Below the pieces are notes generated by a model that saw only the letters and a program-made list of their open reading frames with translations, was not told the DNA's origin and did not search any database. A stretch of DNA of 20,442 nucleotides from Thermotogota bacterium (GTDB lineage: Bacteria; Thermotogota; Thermotogae; Petrotogales; Petrotogaceae). The translations under genes were made by a program, and so were the position numbers. Positions 7,377 through 15,304 of this stretch are shown one piece after another. The stretch is taken from positions 1-20,442 of the forward strand of contig JBNJGY010000041.1 in the NCBI GenBank assembly GCA_051748045.1, given 5' to 3'. Every line of letters begins with the position of its first letter. Position 1 is the stretch's first letter.

Positions 7377-8027
7377 TTACACTTCTAAAATCTTCCAATT
7401 TTTATTAATTGCTACTTTCATTAATTTTTTATCTGGATTTACACAAATAGGATTACCAACGGCATCTAGCAAAGGTAAATCGGAAATTGAATCTGAATAA
7501 AAATAACTTTCTTCAAAAGTCATATCATTTTCTTCTAAAAAATCATTTGCCCTTTTAACTTTTTCATCTCCATAAACATTTTTACCTTGAATCCCTTTAA
7601 AGATATTGTTTTCTATTATCAAGTCCGTACTTATCAATTTATCCATATCAAGATAATCATATAAAGGATAACAAAGATTCCTTGGGGAAGCTGAAATAAG
7701 AACTATCACTGCATTATTTTCTCTATGTCTTTTGATTTCTTCTACTAAATCTTCCCTAACGAATTTATGCCCAAAATCATCAAACCATTTTTGCGTTTTT
7801 TTATAAATCTCACTTTCAGTTAAACCAATATATTTTTCCGAAAGAACTCTTGAGATATATTCTAACTTTAACATTCCAAAGGCGAATAAAATAGGTATAG
7901 GTAATAATTTCAAAAAATCCATAAAACCAATTTCACCTTTTTTATAATAATATTTATAATATAATTGTCCACTATTTTTAGATAATATAGTTTTATCCAT
8001 ATCAAAAAACGCTGCATACTTTTTCAT
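7377..8027 (-). CDS. HAD-superfamily subfamily IB hydrolase (SerB-like phosphatase)
   Basis: Motif I FFDMDKT, motif II LISAS, motif III GDEK, motif IV YSDSISDLPLL..VGNPICVNPD. RBS GAGGTG. Confidence 0.92.
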   Translation of the reverse strand: MKKYAAFFDMDKTILSKNSGQLYYKYYYKKGEIGFMDFLKLLPIPILFAFGMLKLEYISRVLSEKYIGLTESEIYKKTQKWFDDFGHKFVREDLVEEIKRHRENNAVIVLISASPRNLCYPLYDYLDMDKLISTDLIIENNIFKGIQGKNVYGDEKVKRANDFLEENDMTFEESYFYSDSISDLPLLDAVGNPICVNPDKKLMKVAINKNWKILEV

Positions 8028-8056
8028 ACATCACCTCGTAAAAATAAATCTATTCC

Positions 8057-8065
8057 ATTATACCA
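8057..8065 (-). promoter_or_regulatory. Extended -10 element (TGGTATAAT) for the HAD gene
   Basis: Minus-strand TGgTATAAT about 30 nt upstream of the ATG, just past the tmRNA terminator T-tract. Confidence 0.5.
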
Positions 8066-8071
8066 TATAAA

Positions 8072-8095
8072 AAATGCACCTTTACAGGTGCATTT
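8072..8095 (-). terminator. Intrinsic terminator of tmRNA
   Basis: AAATGCACCT-(4 nt)-AGGTGCATTT hairpin running into a T tract on the minus strand, 11 nt after the CCA. Confidence 0.82.
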
Positions 8096-8106
8096 AATTA
8101 ATTTTT

Positions 8107-8460
8107 TGGTGGAGACGGCGGGAATCGAACCCGCGTCCGAAGCAAGATCGTATAGGCTTCTCCGAGCGCAGTCCATGTTTAAATTTCGATTACAAGAGCT
8201 ACATGGGCGAAGCTTTGCAATCTATCATTCTAAAATGTCCACTATAGCCCGAATGATAAAGCTACAGTGTAAGACACTTTTTTATGACATCCTACTTACC
8301 TGCAAGTGTCAGGCAGGTAAGCGGACGGCTGCGTTATCTTACGCAGCTAAAGCGTAATTTTCTTCTGCGTTTATGTTTTTGTATCGCTTTTTAGCGAGGT
8401 TGCGAAATCCTCGGCTCGCTTCCCTATACGGTCTTACCCCGTCGAGACCATTTCGTCCCC
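8107..8460 (-). ncRNA. ssrA: tmRNA (transfer-messenger RNA), tag peptide (A)AEENYALAA
   Basis: 5' GGGGACGAAATGGTCTCGAC, 3' GCGGGTTCGATTCCCGCCGTCTCCACCA with G3-U alanine identity pair. 354 nt. Resume context ATAAAC-GCA and tag ORF GCA GAA GAA AAT TAC GCT TTA GCT GCG TAA at 8368-8339. Confidence 0.97.
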
Positions 8461-8475
8461 ATGGTCTGAATAAAT

Positions 8476-8504
8476 ATTATAACATAAAACAGGTTAAAAA
8501 TCAA
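8476..8504 (-). promoter_or_regulatory. sigma70-type promoter of ssrA
   Basis: Minus strand TTGATT-17 nt-TATAAT with extended TG (TGtTATAAT), 15 nt upstream of the mature 5' end. Confidence 0.8.
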
Positions 8505-8515
8505 TAAAATAACCT

Positions 8516-9133
8516 TTAACTCTGATTTTCAATTTGCCATTGAAGTTTTTTTGAGAGATCAGGATTAATTTGTTGTAAATAAGGAACGAGTTCAAAATCT
8601 CCTAATAAGACTTTAACCATAGAATCCATGATCAAAGCTCTTTTTGATTTATTCTTGCTAGTTTCATATTTTTCCGATAAGATATCTACCACTTTTTTAG
8701 AAGGAATATTAGTAATAGACATGAGAGCAATTTCTTCCGTCTCACTATCGTCATCCATAAAAGTTAATAGGATATCTAAATATTTATCATCTTTTGTTAA
8801 TTTCAAAAGATTTTCAATAATAATAGGAAAAGCTCTTTCGTCTGTATAATTGTTAATCATTCTTTCTAAATACGGTACTATTTCCTGACATTCAAGATCA
8901 GCTAATAATTCTGTCAAATAAAGAAGTGTCACATCATCCTCTCTATTTCTTTCAAATCTTTTTTTAAATTCTTCCAACAAATAATCTTTGCTTTCTGATC
9001 CCATAACACTTAACACGTCAACAGCTAACTCTCTAGTTTCAGAGTCTCTTTCATCAAGCAATCGTATTAAATTTGGTATTGCTTCAGTCCCTTTTTCTTG
9101 TAAAACTCTTTGAATTAAATCTTCTCTGTTCAC
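8516..9133 (-). CDS. HEAT/armadillo-like repeat protein
   Basis: Helical repeats EAIPNLIRLLDERDSETRELAVDVL, EIVPYLERMI, ETEEIALMSI. GTG start at 9133 chosen for spacing to RBS GAGGAG (ORF track start 9142). Follows recN. Confidence 0.8.
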   Translation of the reverse strand: MNREDLIQRVLQEKGTEAIPNLIRLLDERDSETRELAVDVLSVMGSESKDYLLEEFKKRFERNREDDVTLLYLTELLADLECQEIVPYLERMINNYTDERAFPIIIENLLKLTKDDKYLDILLTFMDDDSETEEIALMSITNIPSKKVVDILSEKYETSKNKSKRALIMDSMVKVLLGDFELVPYLQQINPDLSKKLQWQIENQS

Positions 9134-9150
9134 GAATAACACTCCTCAGT

Positions 9151-10749
9151 TCAATATACTATATCACCATACATCTCTTTTATTTCTTTATCTTTTTCTT
9201 CAGAAGTCAAAAGTTTAATATTTGATTTTATTTCTCCATCATCGTTATTTTTAACTATTTTAAAATGCCTATTTCCTGAATTTGCTACCTGTGGCATGTG
9301 TGTAATTACTATAACTTGTTTTTTATTTGCAAGATCTTTTAATTTTGATCCTACAATATCTGCCATTCTAGGTCCAACACCAGAATCAACTTCATCAAAA
9401 AGCATTGTACTCATGCTATAATCATTGCCTAATACAGTTTCTAGAGATAAAAATATTCTAGATAATTCTCCTCCTGATGCAATAAGAGATAAATCCATAA
9501 ATTCTGATTTTGGATTTGTCTTTAAAACAAATTTAGCTTTATAATAACCGTTTTGAGTTGGTCTTTTTTGTTTAATAAAATTAACATCTAAATCTGAATC
9601 AGGCATATTTAAATCTTTCAAATTCTCAATTATTCTCTGTTTTAAATCATCTATATAATTTTTAGATTTTTTGAGTATATTATCTGATTCTTTCATCAAA
9701 TTTTTTTCAGCTTTTTCAATTTTTGGTTTTAAGGTATCTATATTATCTTTTATTTCATGTAATTCAGTGAGTTCATTTTCTATATGTTTTTCTTTTTCTA
9801 AAACATCCTCCAAAGAAGGACCATATTTCCTCTTTAAGTTCATAATGGCATTTAATCTATTTGATACATTTTCAAACTCTTCTTCATTAAACTCAAGTTC
9901 ATTTAATTTGTTTTCAATTATTGAATGAAGGTCAGAAATTCCATCTTGTAAAGAAAGAGAAAGATCATAAGCCTCTTTAAAGCCATACTCTGAAATTTTA
10001 GAAAGATTATATACAACATTGCCCAAATTATAATCAATATTTATATCTTCAGCATCTTTAAGTAAATTCATAGATTCATAAATATTCTTTTTTATAACCT
10101 CTATGTTCTCTAAGGCTTTATATCTTGAATTCAAATCATCGTCTTCACCTAATTCTGGCGAAACGCTTTTAATTTCTTTTAATTCAAAATCTAAAGTATC
10201 TATTTTTCTGAATAACTCTGTTTTATCTGCAGGCATTTTATCTCTTTTTTTCATCAAATCAACATATTCTTTATATGTCTTATCATAAACCTTAAACTCT
10301 TCAGTATATTTATCTCTTAAAATGTCAAATATAAGATTGTTTTGATAGCTTTCATCTCTCAATAAAACATTTGAATCTTGTGAATTTATTTCAATCAAAA
10401 ACTTCCCAATTTCTCTTATTGTTTCTTTTGGATAAATTTGCCCATTTATTCTAAAAAAAATTCTTTTAGAAGTAAAATTGCCTGAAATCACCAACTCATC
10501 ATCTTCTAAATCTATTAATTGTTTTATTTCTTTTTTTATTTTTTCTTCTAAAGTAAAAAATGCTGATATAGAACCTTCCTGATCTTTCAATGCATTTGGA
10601 ATTTTCCCAGTGATAAAAGCTCTTAAAGCATTAATAAACATTGACTTACCAGCACCTGATTCTCCTGTTATGACATTTAATCCTTCATCAAAAATAACTT
10701 CAGCTTCATCAAATAACCCAAAGTTTTTAATAGATAGAGAAATTAGCAA
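9151..10749 (-). CDS. recN: DNA repair protein RecN (SMC-like ATPase)
   Basis: Walker A TGESGAGKS, Q-loop EINSQ, coiled coil with RLNAIMNLKRKYG, signature ASGGELSRI, Walker B FDEVDSGVG, ITHMPQVA. 532 aa. Confidence 0.93.
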   Translation of the reverse strand: MLISLSIKNFGLFDEAEVIFDEGLNVITGESGAGKSMFINALRAFITGKIPNALKDQEGSISAFFTLEEKIKKEIKQLIDLEDDELVISGNFTSKRIFFRINGQIYPKETIREIGKFLIEINSQDSNVLLRDESYQNNLIFDILRDKYTEEFKVYDKTYKEYVDLMKKRDKMPADKTELFRKIDTLDFELKEIKSVSPELGEDDDLNSRYKALENIEVIKKNIYESMNLLKDAEDINIDYNLGNVVYNLSKISEYGFKEAYDLSLSLQDGISDLHSIIENKLNELEFNEEEFENVSNRLNAIMNLKRKYGPSLEDVLEKEKHIENELTELHEIKDNIDTLKPKIEKAEKNLMKESDNILKKSKNYIDDLKQRIIENLKDLNMPDSDLDVNFIKQKRPTQNGYYKAKFVLKTNPKSEFMDLSLIASGGELSRIFLSLETVLGNDYSMSTMLFDEVDSGVGPRMADIVGSKLKDLANKKQVIVITHMPQVANSGNRHFKIVKNNDDGEIKSNIKLLTSEEKDKEIKEMYGDIVY

Positions 10750-10790
10750 TCAAATTCACCAACCTCAAATTTTTTATTTTTCTTATATAA

Positions 10791-10799
10791 ATTATAGCA
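10791..10799 (-). promoter_or_regulatory. Extended -10 element (TGCTATAAT) for recN
   Basis: Minus-strand TGcTATAAT about 40 nt upstream of the start. Confidence 0.5.
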
Positions 10800-10917
10800 T
10801 AGTTTGCCTTTTCTAAATAATAAAATCATTATTAAAATATTTTCGATAATAATATTTCATACTATTGAAAAACGCTTTATATATAATAAAATAAAGAAAA
10901 GAAAATAGGTGATAATT

Positions 10918-11883
10918 TTGGAAATAATAAAAATAATTGATGAATTAAAAAAGGAAATAAAAGAAACAGTTGGAGACCAAAAGATGTATATAGCTTTTTC
11001 AGGTGGTCTTGATTCAACTGTTGTTGCTCTACTTGCAAAAGATGTTTTACCCAAAGAAAGATTAACTTTAGTAAATACCTGTTTTGGCCCTTATTCTTAT
11101 TCTAAAGGATTAGAAGCAGTTCTTTTATTAGCAAATCAGCTTGATATTAGGTTGTTTTTTACAAATGGTCAAGAAGAACAAGAAAATCTATTATACCATG
11201 GACCAAATTGTAACCAATGTACAAGAGACATAAAGCTAGGGAAAGTTAAAGAAATGATTTATAAAGGTATGGTTGCTGTTGGTTCTAATCAATCAGATTC
11301 TTGGGGGAAATTAGGTTTAAAAATTAACAACGGAATGTATTCTCCACTACTTAATTTGGATAAAAAAATAATTCAAGAAATTTTAGATTATTATGGTTTT
11401 GTTATACCAAGAATTGGGGAAAATTCATTTAGAGAAGGCTGCAAATATAAACATCTTTTGAAAATGTCCGCAAATACTGGATACCATGCTAGAGCTATGG
11501 TTGTATCTAATGAAATAATCCATGATGTTTTAGATTATCATAACATTAAAAGAGAAATAGCAAATGTAAAAATAATAGGTCCTTTATCTAAGAATGTTGC
11601 GCTAATCAATATTAAACCTTTACCAGAAAAAGAAATTGTAGATGAAATAATCGATATTTTAAAAAAAGAAAAAACTATAGATGAAGTTGACGTTGTTGAT
11701 CGTCCTATTGAGCTTAGCATAACAGCAAGCCCAGGTATAGCTAACAACGAAAAATCAAAATACTGGATTTTAAATGGTAGATTAAAACCAGAGTTTGCTT
11801 TTAATATAACAGCAAAGTGGAATCCGCCCAGCAGAAATAACAAATTATGGACTTTCTCAGTTGTAGATTATAAAAAATTGTAA
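10918..11883 (+). CDS. PP-loop ATP pyrophosphatase superfamily protein (ExsB/QueC/LarE-like) with CxxC...C motif
   Basis: IAFSGGLDSTV PP-loop, CNQC, GSNQSD, YSPLL, EGCKYKH. TTG start at 10918 behind RBS AGGTGA (ORF track start 10909). Confidence 0.85.
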   Translation: MEIIKIIDELKKEIKETVGDQKMYIAFSGGLDSTVVALLAKDVLPKERLTLVNTCFGPYSYSKGLEAVLLLANQLDIRLFFTNGQEEQENLLYHGPNCNQCTRDIKLGKVKEMIYKGMVAVGSNQSDSWGKLGLKINNGMYSPLLNLDKKIIQEILDYYGFVIPRIGENSFREGCKYKHLLKMSANTGYHARAMVVSNEIIHDVLDYHNIKREIANVKIIGPLSKNVALINIKPLPEKEIVDEIIDILKKEKTIDEVDVVDRPIELSITASPGIANNEKSKYWILNGRLKPEFAFNITAKWNPPSRNNKLWTFSVVDYKKL

Positions 11884-11944
11884 AAATAATGTATAATTTA
11901 TTAAAAGAGTTATATTTAATGTTCTTCGTTCTGGGGGGAATGAA

Positions 11945-12208
11945 ATGGTTATTAACGTTATGGAAAGAATTGTAGATGAAATATATGAGGAAGTTTTGGA
12001 TACCCATGAAATAAATTTTTGTGACTGTTCAAAATGTCGAGAAGATGTTAAAGCAATAGTTTTAAATCAAGTTCAACCAAAATATGTTTCTACTAACAAA
12101 GGAGAAGCAATATCTAAAGCTGAATTCCAAGAAGTACAATTTAGAATAGATGTTTTAGACAAAATAGTAAAAGCTATAATAAAAGTGGGTAATAAACCTA
12201 GACATTAA
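11945..12208 (+). CDS. comFB: ComFB-family (late competence development) protein, standalone
   Basis: NVMERIV, FCDCSKCREDVKAIVLNQVQPKYV, KG, V...PRH C-terminus. Family-level call, no competence role implied. Confidence 0.88.
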   Translation: MVINVMERIVDEIYEEVLDTHEINFCDCSKCREDVKAIVLNQVQPKYVSTNKGEAISKAEFQEVQFRIDVLDKIVKAIIKVGNKPRH

Positions 12209-12237
12209 AAAAAGATGAGCTAATGCTCATCTTTTTT
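12208..12237. terminator. Bidirectional intrinsic terminator between the ComFB and MATE genes
   Basis: AAAAAAGATGAGC-TAAT-GCTCATCTTTTTT perfect 13-bp inverted repeat. Confidence 0.88.
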
Positions 12238-12238
12238 A

Positions 12239-13627
12239 TTATGTGTCTTTTATTTCTTCTAAACTTTCGTCATATTCTTCAACAACTCTATCTTTCCAAT
12301 TACCAAATCTAATAAATAGAAAAGATAACAACATAGCTGATACATTACTGATAATCATCGCATAAAATACACCTTTGAATCCCCAAGTTTCTGACATTAT
12401 TAAAATCAAAGGTACTCTTATACCCCACAATCTAACCATATCTACAATAGTTGATTGAACTGTGTGACCTGTTCCTCTCAAAGCTCCCATAAAAATATCC
12501 ATTAATGCAAAAAAAGGCAAAGAGAAAGAAACTAATTTGAAAAAAGTAGTACCTACTTCTATAACTTCCGGTTCATTTATAAAAAATTGTGTTATATATT
12601 GCCCATAAAAAAACATCAAAACAGAAATTCCAAAAATAGTGCTAAAAGTAATCGCTCCTGCTTTTTTAACAGTTTCTACAGCCTTTTCCTTATGACCAGC
12701 ACCAATAAATTGAGCAGCCATAGCTCCAGTAGCAAGAGACATACCCACAGCGAACATAACAACCATAGAATTTATTCTATTCCCAACACCATAAGCACTT
12801 ATTACAACTGGTCCAAACTGAGAAATAACGCTTGTAATTATAGTGAACCCAAATGCTGTAACAGATTGACCTAATGAAGCTGGAAGTCCTATAGTTAAAA
12901 CTTTTTTTATAAACCTAAAATCAGGTTTAAAATCATTTAAGTGAACTTTAAATCCCAGCTTGCCTGAAAATAAAATATAAGCAAACACAATCGCAAAAGT
13001 TCCCCGCGATATAATTGTCGCAATAGCAGCACCTATTACTCCCCAATCTATGACAAATATAAAAATAGGATCTAATATTATATTAGTAACTACAGCAAAA
13101 AACATTAATTTTAACGCTATTACTGAATTACCCCATCCTCTAAAAATACCTGCTATCAATTCCATAGAAAACAAAAAAGGCAACCCAAGCAATATAACTC
13201 TCAAATAAAACACCGCTAAATCATGAATATCCTGCTCAACCTTCATTATGGATACAAGAGAATCAGATAATATTAACCCCACAACCATTATCATAGCTGA
13301 AATAACAAAAACGGTAATTATAGTTTGAGCAGCAGATTTTTCAGCATTATGTTTTTCACCCATACCAGTATACTGAGCAACCATTGATGATCCAGCATGA
13401 GAAAAACCAGCAGCTAATGATATAAAAACAAATATTATAGGGAAAACTAAAGTTGGAACAGAAAATTCTTTTGGTCCTAATTTTCCTAAAAAATAAGCAT
13501 CAGTAACGTTATAAATTGTTTGGAGTAAATTAGTTAAAATAATTGGCCATGCGAGCATGAACAACCCTTTAATAATAGACACTTCAAAAACATTGACTTT
13601 CTTCATTTCTTTTCTTATTCTAGGCAC
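12239..13627 (-). CDS. MATE-family efflux transporter
   Basis: LAWPIILTNLLQTIYNVTDAYFLGKLG, FRGWGNS, NIILDPIFIF, GVIGAAIAT, IGLPAS, LRGTGHT. About 12 hydrophobic segments. GTG start at 13627 behind RBS GAGGTG. Confidence 0.93.
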   Translation of the reverse strand: MPRIRKEMKKVNVFEVSIIKGLFMLAWPIILTNLLQTIYNVTDAYFLGKLGPKEFSVPTLVFPIIFVFISLAAGFSHAGSSMVAQYTGMGEKHNAEKSAAQTIITVFVISAMIMVVGLILSDSLVSIMKVEQDIHDLAVFYLRVILLGLPFLFSMELIAGIFRGWGNSVIALKLMFFAVVTNIILDPIFIFVIDWGVIGAAIATIISRGTFAIVFAYILFSGKLGFKVHLNDFKPDFRFIKKVLTIGLPASLGQSVTAFGFTIITSVISQFGPVVISAYGVGNRINSMVVMFAVGMSLATGAMAAQFIGAGHKEKAVETVKKAGAITFSTIFGISVLMFFYGQYITQFFINEPEVIEVGTTFFKLVSFSLPFFALMDIFMGALRGTGHTVQSTIVDMVRLWGIRVPLILIMSETWGFKGVFYAMIISNVSAMLLSFLFIRFGNWKDRVVEEYDESLEEIKDT

Positions 13628-13669
13628 TAAAACCACCTCATAAAGTAAAATTGATTAGTTTTCCTAACT

Positions 13670-13697
13670 ATTATATCATAAGATTTTTATTTGTAAA
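13670..13697 (-). promoter_or_regulatory. Probable promoter of the MATE gene
   Basis: Minus strand TTTACA-16 nt-TATAAT with extended TG. Confidence 0.5.
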
Positions 13698-13741
13698 CCT
13701 AGATTTTTTAATTTTTTATAACATTAATATATAACAATTTT

Positions 13742-13750
13742 TGTTATAAT
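13742..13750 (+). promoter_or_regulatory. Extended -10 element for the dehydrogenase gene
   Basis: TGTTATAAT 30 nt upstream of the ATG. RBS GGAGGTG follows. Confidence 0.5.
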
Positions 13751-13780
13751 TAAAATGAAAAATATTTTTGGAGGTGCTAT

Positions 13781-14767
13781 ATGAAATTATTATTTGATCA
13801 TATAATGACAGAATACTGGAAACATAAATTAGATTCTTTGAAAGAACAGTATGAAGGATTAGAAATTCTTTTTTTTGAAAATGAGAAAGAAAAAAAGAAA
13901 TATTTAAAAGAAGCAGATGGTTTGTTAGGTGGATTCATCACTGAAGAAGAGTTGGAAATAGCTGAAAATTTAAAGATAATATTTGTACCTTTTTCTGGTG
14001 TAAATACTCTACCTTCTAAAAAAATTCTAGATAGAAATATAATAGTAGCAAATTCAAAAGGAAATGGAAAAGTAGTAGCAGAAAGAGCTGTTAGCCTTAC
14101 AATGTCTTTATTAGGGAAAATTCCTCATTTTCATAACGATATGAGAAAAGGAGTTTGGCATGGTTTTTCTGTTGGGGAAAAGCCTAATCAATCTTGGGAA
14201 AGTATTATTAATAAACAAGTTACTATCCTAGGTACAGGAAGTATTGGAAGAAGCCTTGCAAAATATCTAAAAGCTTTTGATTGTGAAATTACAGGGTATA
14301 AAAATAGCTATAATGGTGAAAAAATAGAAAATTTTGATATCTTAACAACTGATTTTGAGAAAGCAATCGAAACTGCAGAAATAGTTTATGTGGCTCTTCC
14401 ATTAACAAACAATACCAGAGATATGGTTAACTTAAATAATATTGAATTATTCAAAAATAAATATCTAATAAACGTCGGACGTGGCCCTATTATAAATGAA
14501 GAGGCTCTATATGTTGGCATAAAAGATGGAATATTAAAAGGCACCGCTATTGATGTATGGTATGATTACCCAACAAAAGAAAATAAATATAAATTGCCTT
14601 CTGTATACCCAATTCACCTATTTGAAAATGTTATTCTTTCCCCACATGTTGCAGGTTTTAATGAAAAAGCTGTTCAATATAGTATTGATTGGTGTATAGA
14701 TAATGTTATTAATTATATTGAAAATGGTGAGCCTAAAAATAAAGTCGATATGAAATTGAAGTATTGA
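13781..14767 (+). CDS. D-isomer-specific 2-hydroxyacid dehydrogenase family protein
   Basis: SGVN, VAERA, GTGSIG Rossmann motif, LPLT..TR, INVGRG, AIDVW, LSPHVAG. Confidence 0.92.
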   Translation: MKLLFDHIMTEYWKHKLDSLKEQYEGLEILFFENEKEKKKYLKEADGLLGGFITEEELEIAENLKIIFVPFSGVNTLPSKKILDRNIIVANSKGNGKVVAERAVSLTMSLLGKIPHFHNDMRKGVWHGFSVGEKPNQSWESIINKQVTILGTGSIGRSLAKYLKAFDCEITGYKNSYNGEKIENFDILTTDFEKAIETAEIVYVALPLTNNTRDMVNLNNIELFKNKYLINVGRGPIINEEALYVGIKDGILKGTAIDVWYDYPTKENKYKLPSVYPIHLFENVILSPHVAGFNEKAVQYSIDWCIDNVINYIENGEPKNKVDMKLKY

Positions 14768-14818
14768 AGTAAATAATCAAAGGATTAAATCTTTTAATTT
14801 TCGAAGAAAATTTATAAG

Positions 14819-14884
14819 TAAAAACAATTCCGAAATATAAAAACTCAAAGTAGGACAAGAAGTAGAAATTGTTTCACAATTTCT
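14819..14884 (+). repeat. 66-bp dispersed repeat, copy 2, ending in hairpin AGAAATTGT-TTC-ACAATTTCT
   Basis: 56/66 identical to 4682..4747. Same orientation and also just downstream of a + strand gene. Confidence 0.9.
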
Positions 14885-15006
14885 GTTGAAGGGTTATGGT
14901 TGGAAATTGGAAGTAAAAAACATTGTTAAACGTCTAAAATAATACAAAAACCAACAACCTCCATCATCCAACTAACAACAAAATAAATTACAAAGTAATT
15001 TATTTT
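14885..15006. repeat. Inverted pair of degenerate heptamer arrays with terminal 12-bp hairpin
   Basis: GTTGAAG GGTTATG GTTGGAA ATTGGAA (14885-14912), 39-nt spacer, CAACAAC CTCCATC ATCCAAC TAACAAC (14952-14979), then AAAATAAATTAC-AAA-GTAATTTATTTT (14980-15006). Confidence 0.65.
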
Positions 15007-15115
15007 AAAACTGTTTCACTCAGAAAACACTATACTTTTCATTTTTATATTTCTTCATTGTTTTGTTTGTTTAATAAAAGATATATTTAATACATAATTA
15101 GATAGATAAGTATCT

Positions 15116-15218
15116 TGTCATTCTGAACGACGTTTTTTGGAGCTGAAGAATCTAAAACCTTTTTAATTTCCTTCGCAAATTTATAAACTCAGACCCTTCG
15201 ACGATGCTCAGGGTGACA
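15116..15218. repeat. TGTCA...TGACA REP-like doublet / MITE-like element
   Basis: Left arm TGTCATTCTGAACG...GAAGAATCT. Right arm (rev. comp.) TGTCACCCTGAGCATCGTCGAAGGGTCT. The arms are inverted and each carries its own internal stem. Confidence 0.78.
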
Positions 15219-15275
15219 TTCGCTAATCTTTTTAATAAGTGTTTTTTCAGCCAAAATAATAATTCAAAGAAAGAA

Positions 15276-15301
15276 AAAAGGAAAGCTTTCGCTTTCCTTT
15301 T
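15276..15301 (-). terminator. Intrinsic terminator of the ABC-lnt operon (likely bidirectional)
   Basis: AAAAGGAAAGC-TTTC-GCTTTCCTTTT, 3 nt from the lnt stop, with T tracts on both strands. Confidence 0.85.
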
Positions 15302-15304
15302 GTT

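Noticed and set aside
8088-8357. 89-aa + strand ORF
   Set aside because: Antisense to tmRNA and starts inside its terminator. VETAGIEPAS is the typical translation of an antisense T-arm.
1677-8460. Integrative element at the 3' end of tRNA-Arg or tmRNA
   Set aside because: No duplicated 3' fragment and no integrase seen. Both RNA genes are followed directly by their terminators.
10816-10870. Fur-like or LexA-like palindromes between recN and the PP-loop gene
   Set aside because: AATAATAAAATCATTATT and TTTCA-N6-TGAAA are weak matches expected by chance in DNA this AT-rich.
10918-11883. Calling the PP-loop gene queC or larE
   Set aside because: It lacks the QueC C-terminal Cys cluster, and partner genes for either pathway are absent, so only a superfamily-level call is supported.
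4682-14884. The two 66-bp direct repeats as att sites or ends of a 10-kb island or composite transposon
   Set aside because: The enclosed genes are housekeeping (xth, ssrA, recN), there is no integrase or transposase, and the repeats are only 85% identical and embedded in larger mosaics.
14768-15304. CRISPR array, riboswitch or small protein gene in the long intergenic region
   Set aside because: No regularly spaced identical repeats and no cas genes. The region lies between convergent 3' ends, and the ATG-started ORFs I checked were under about 15 codons.
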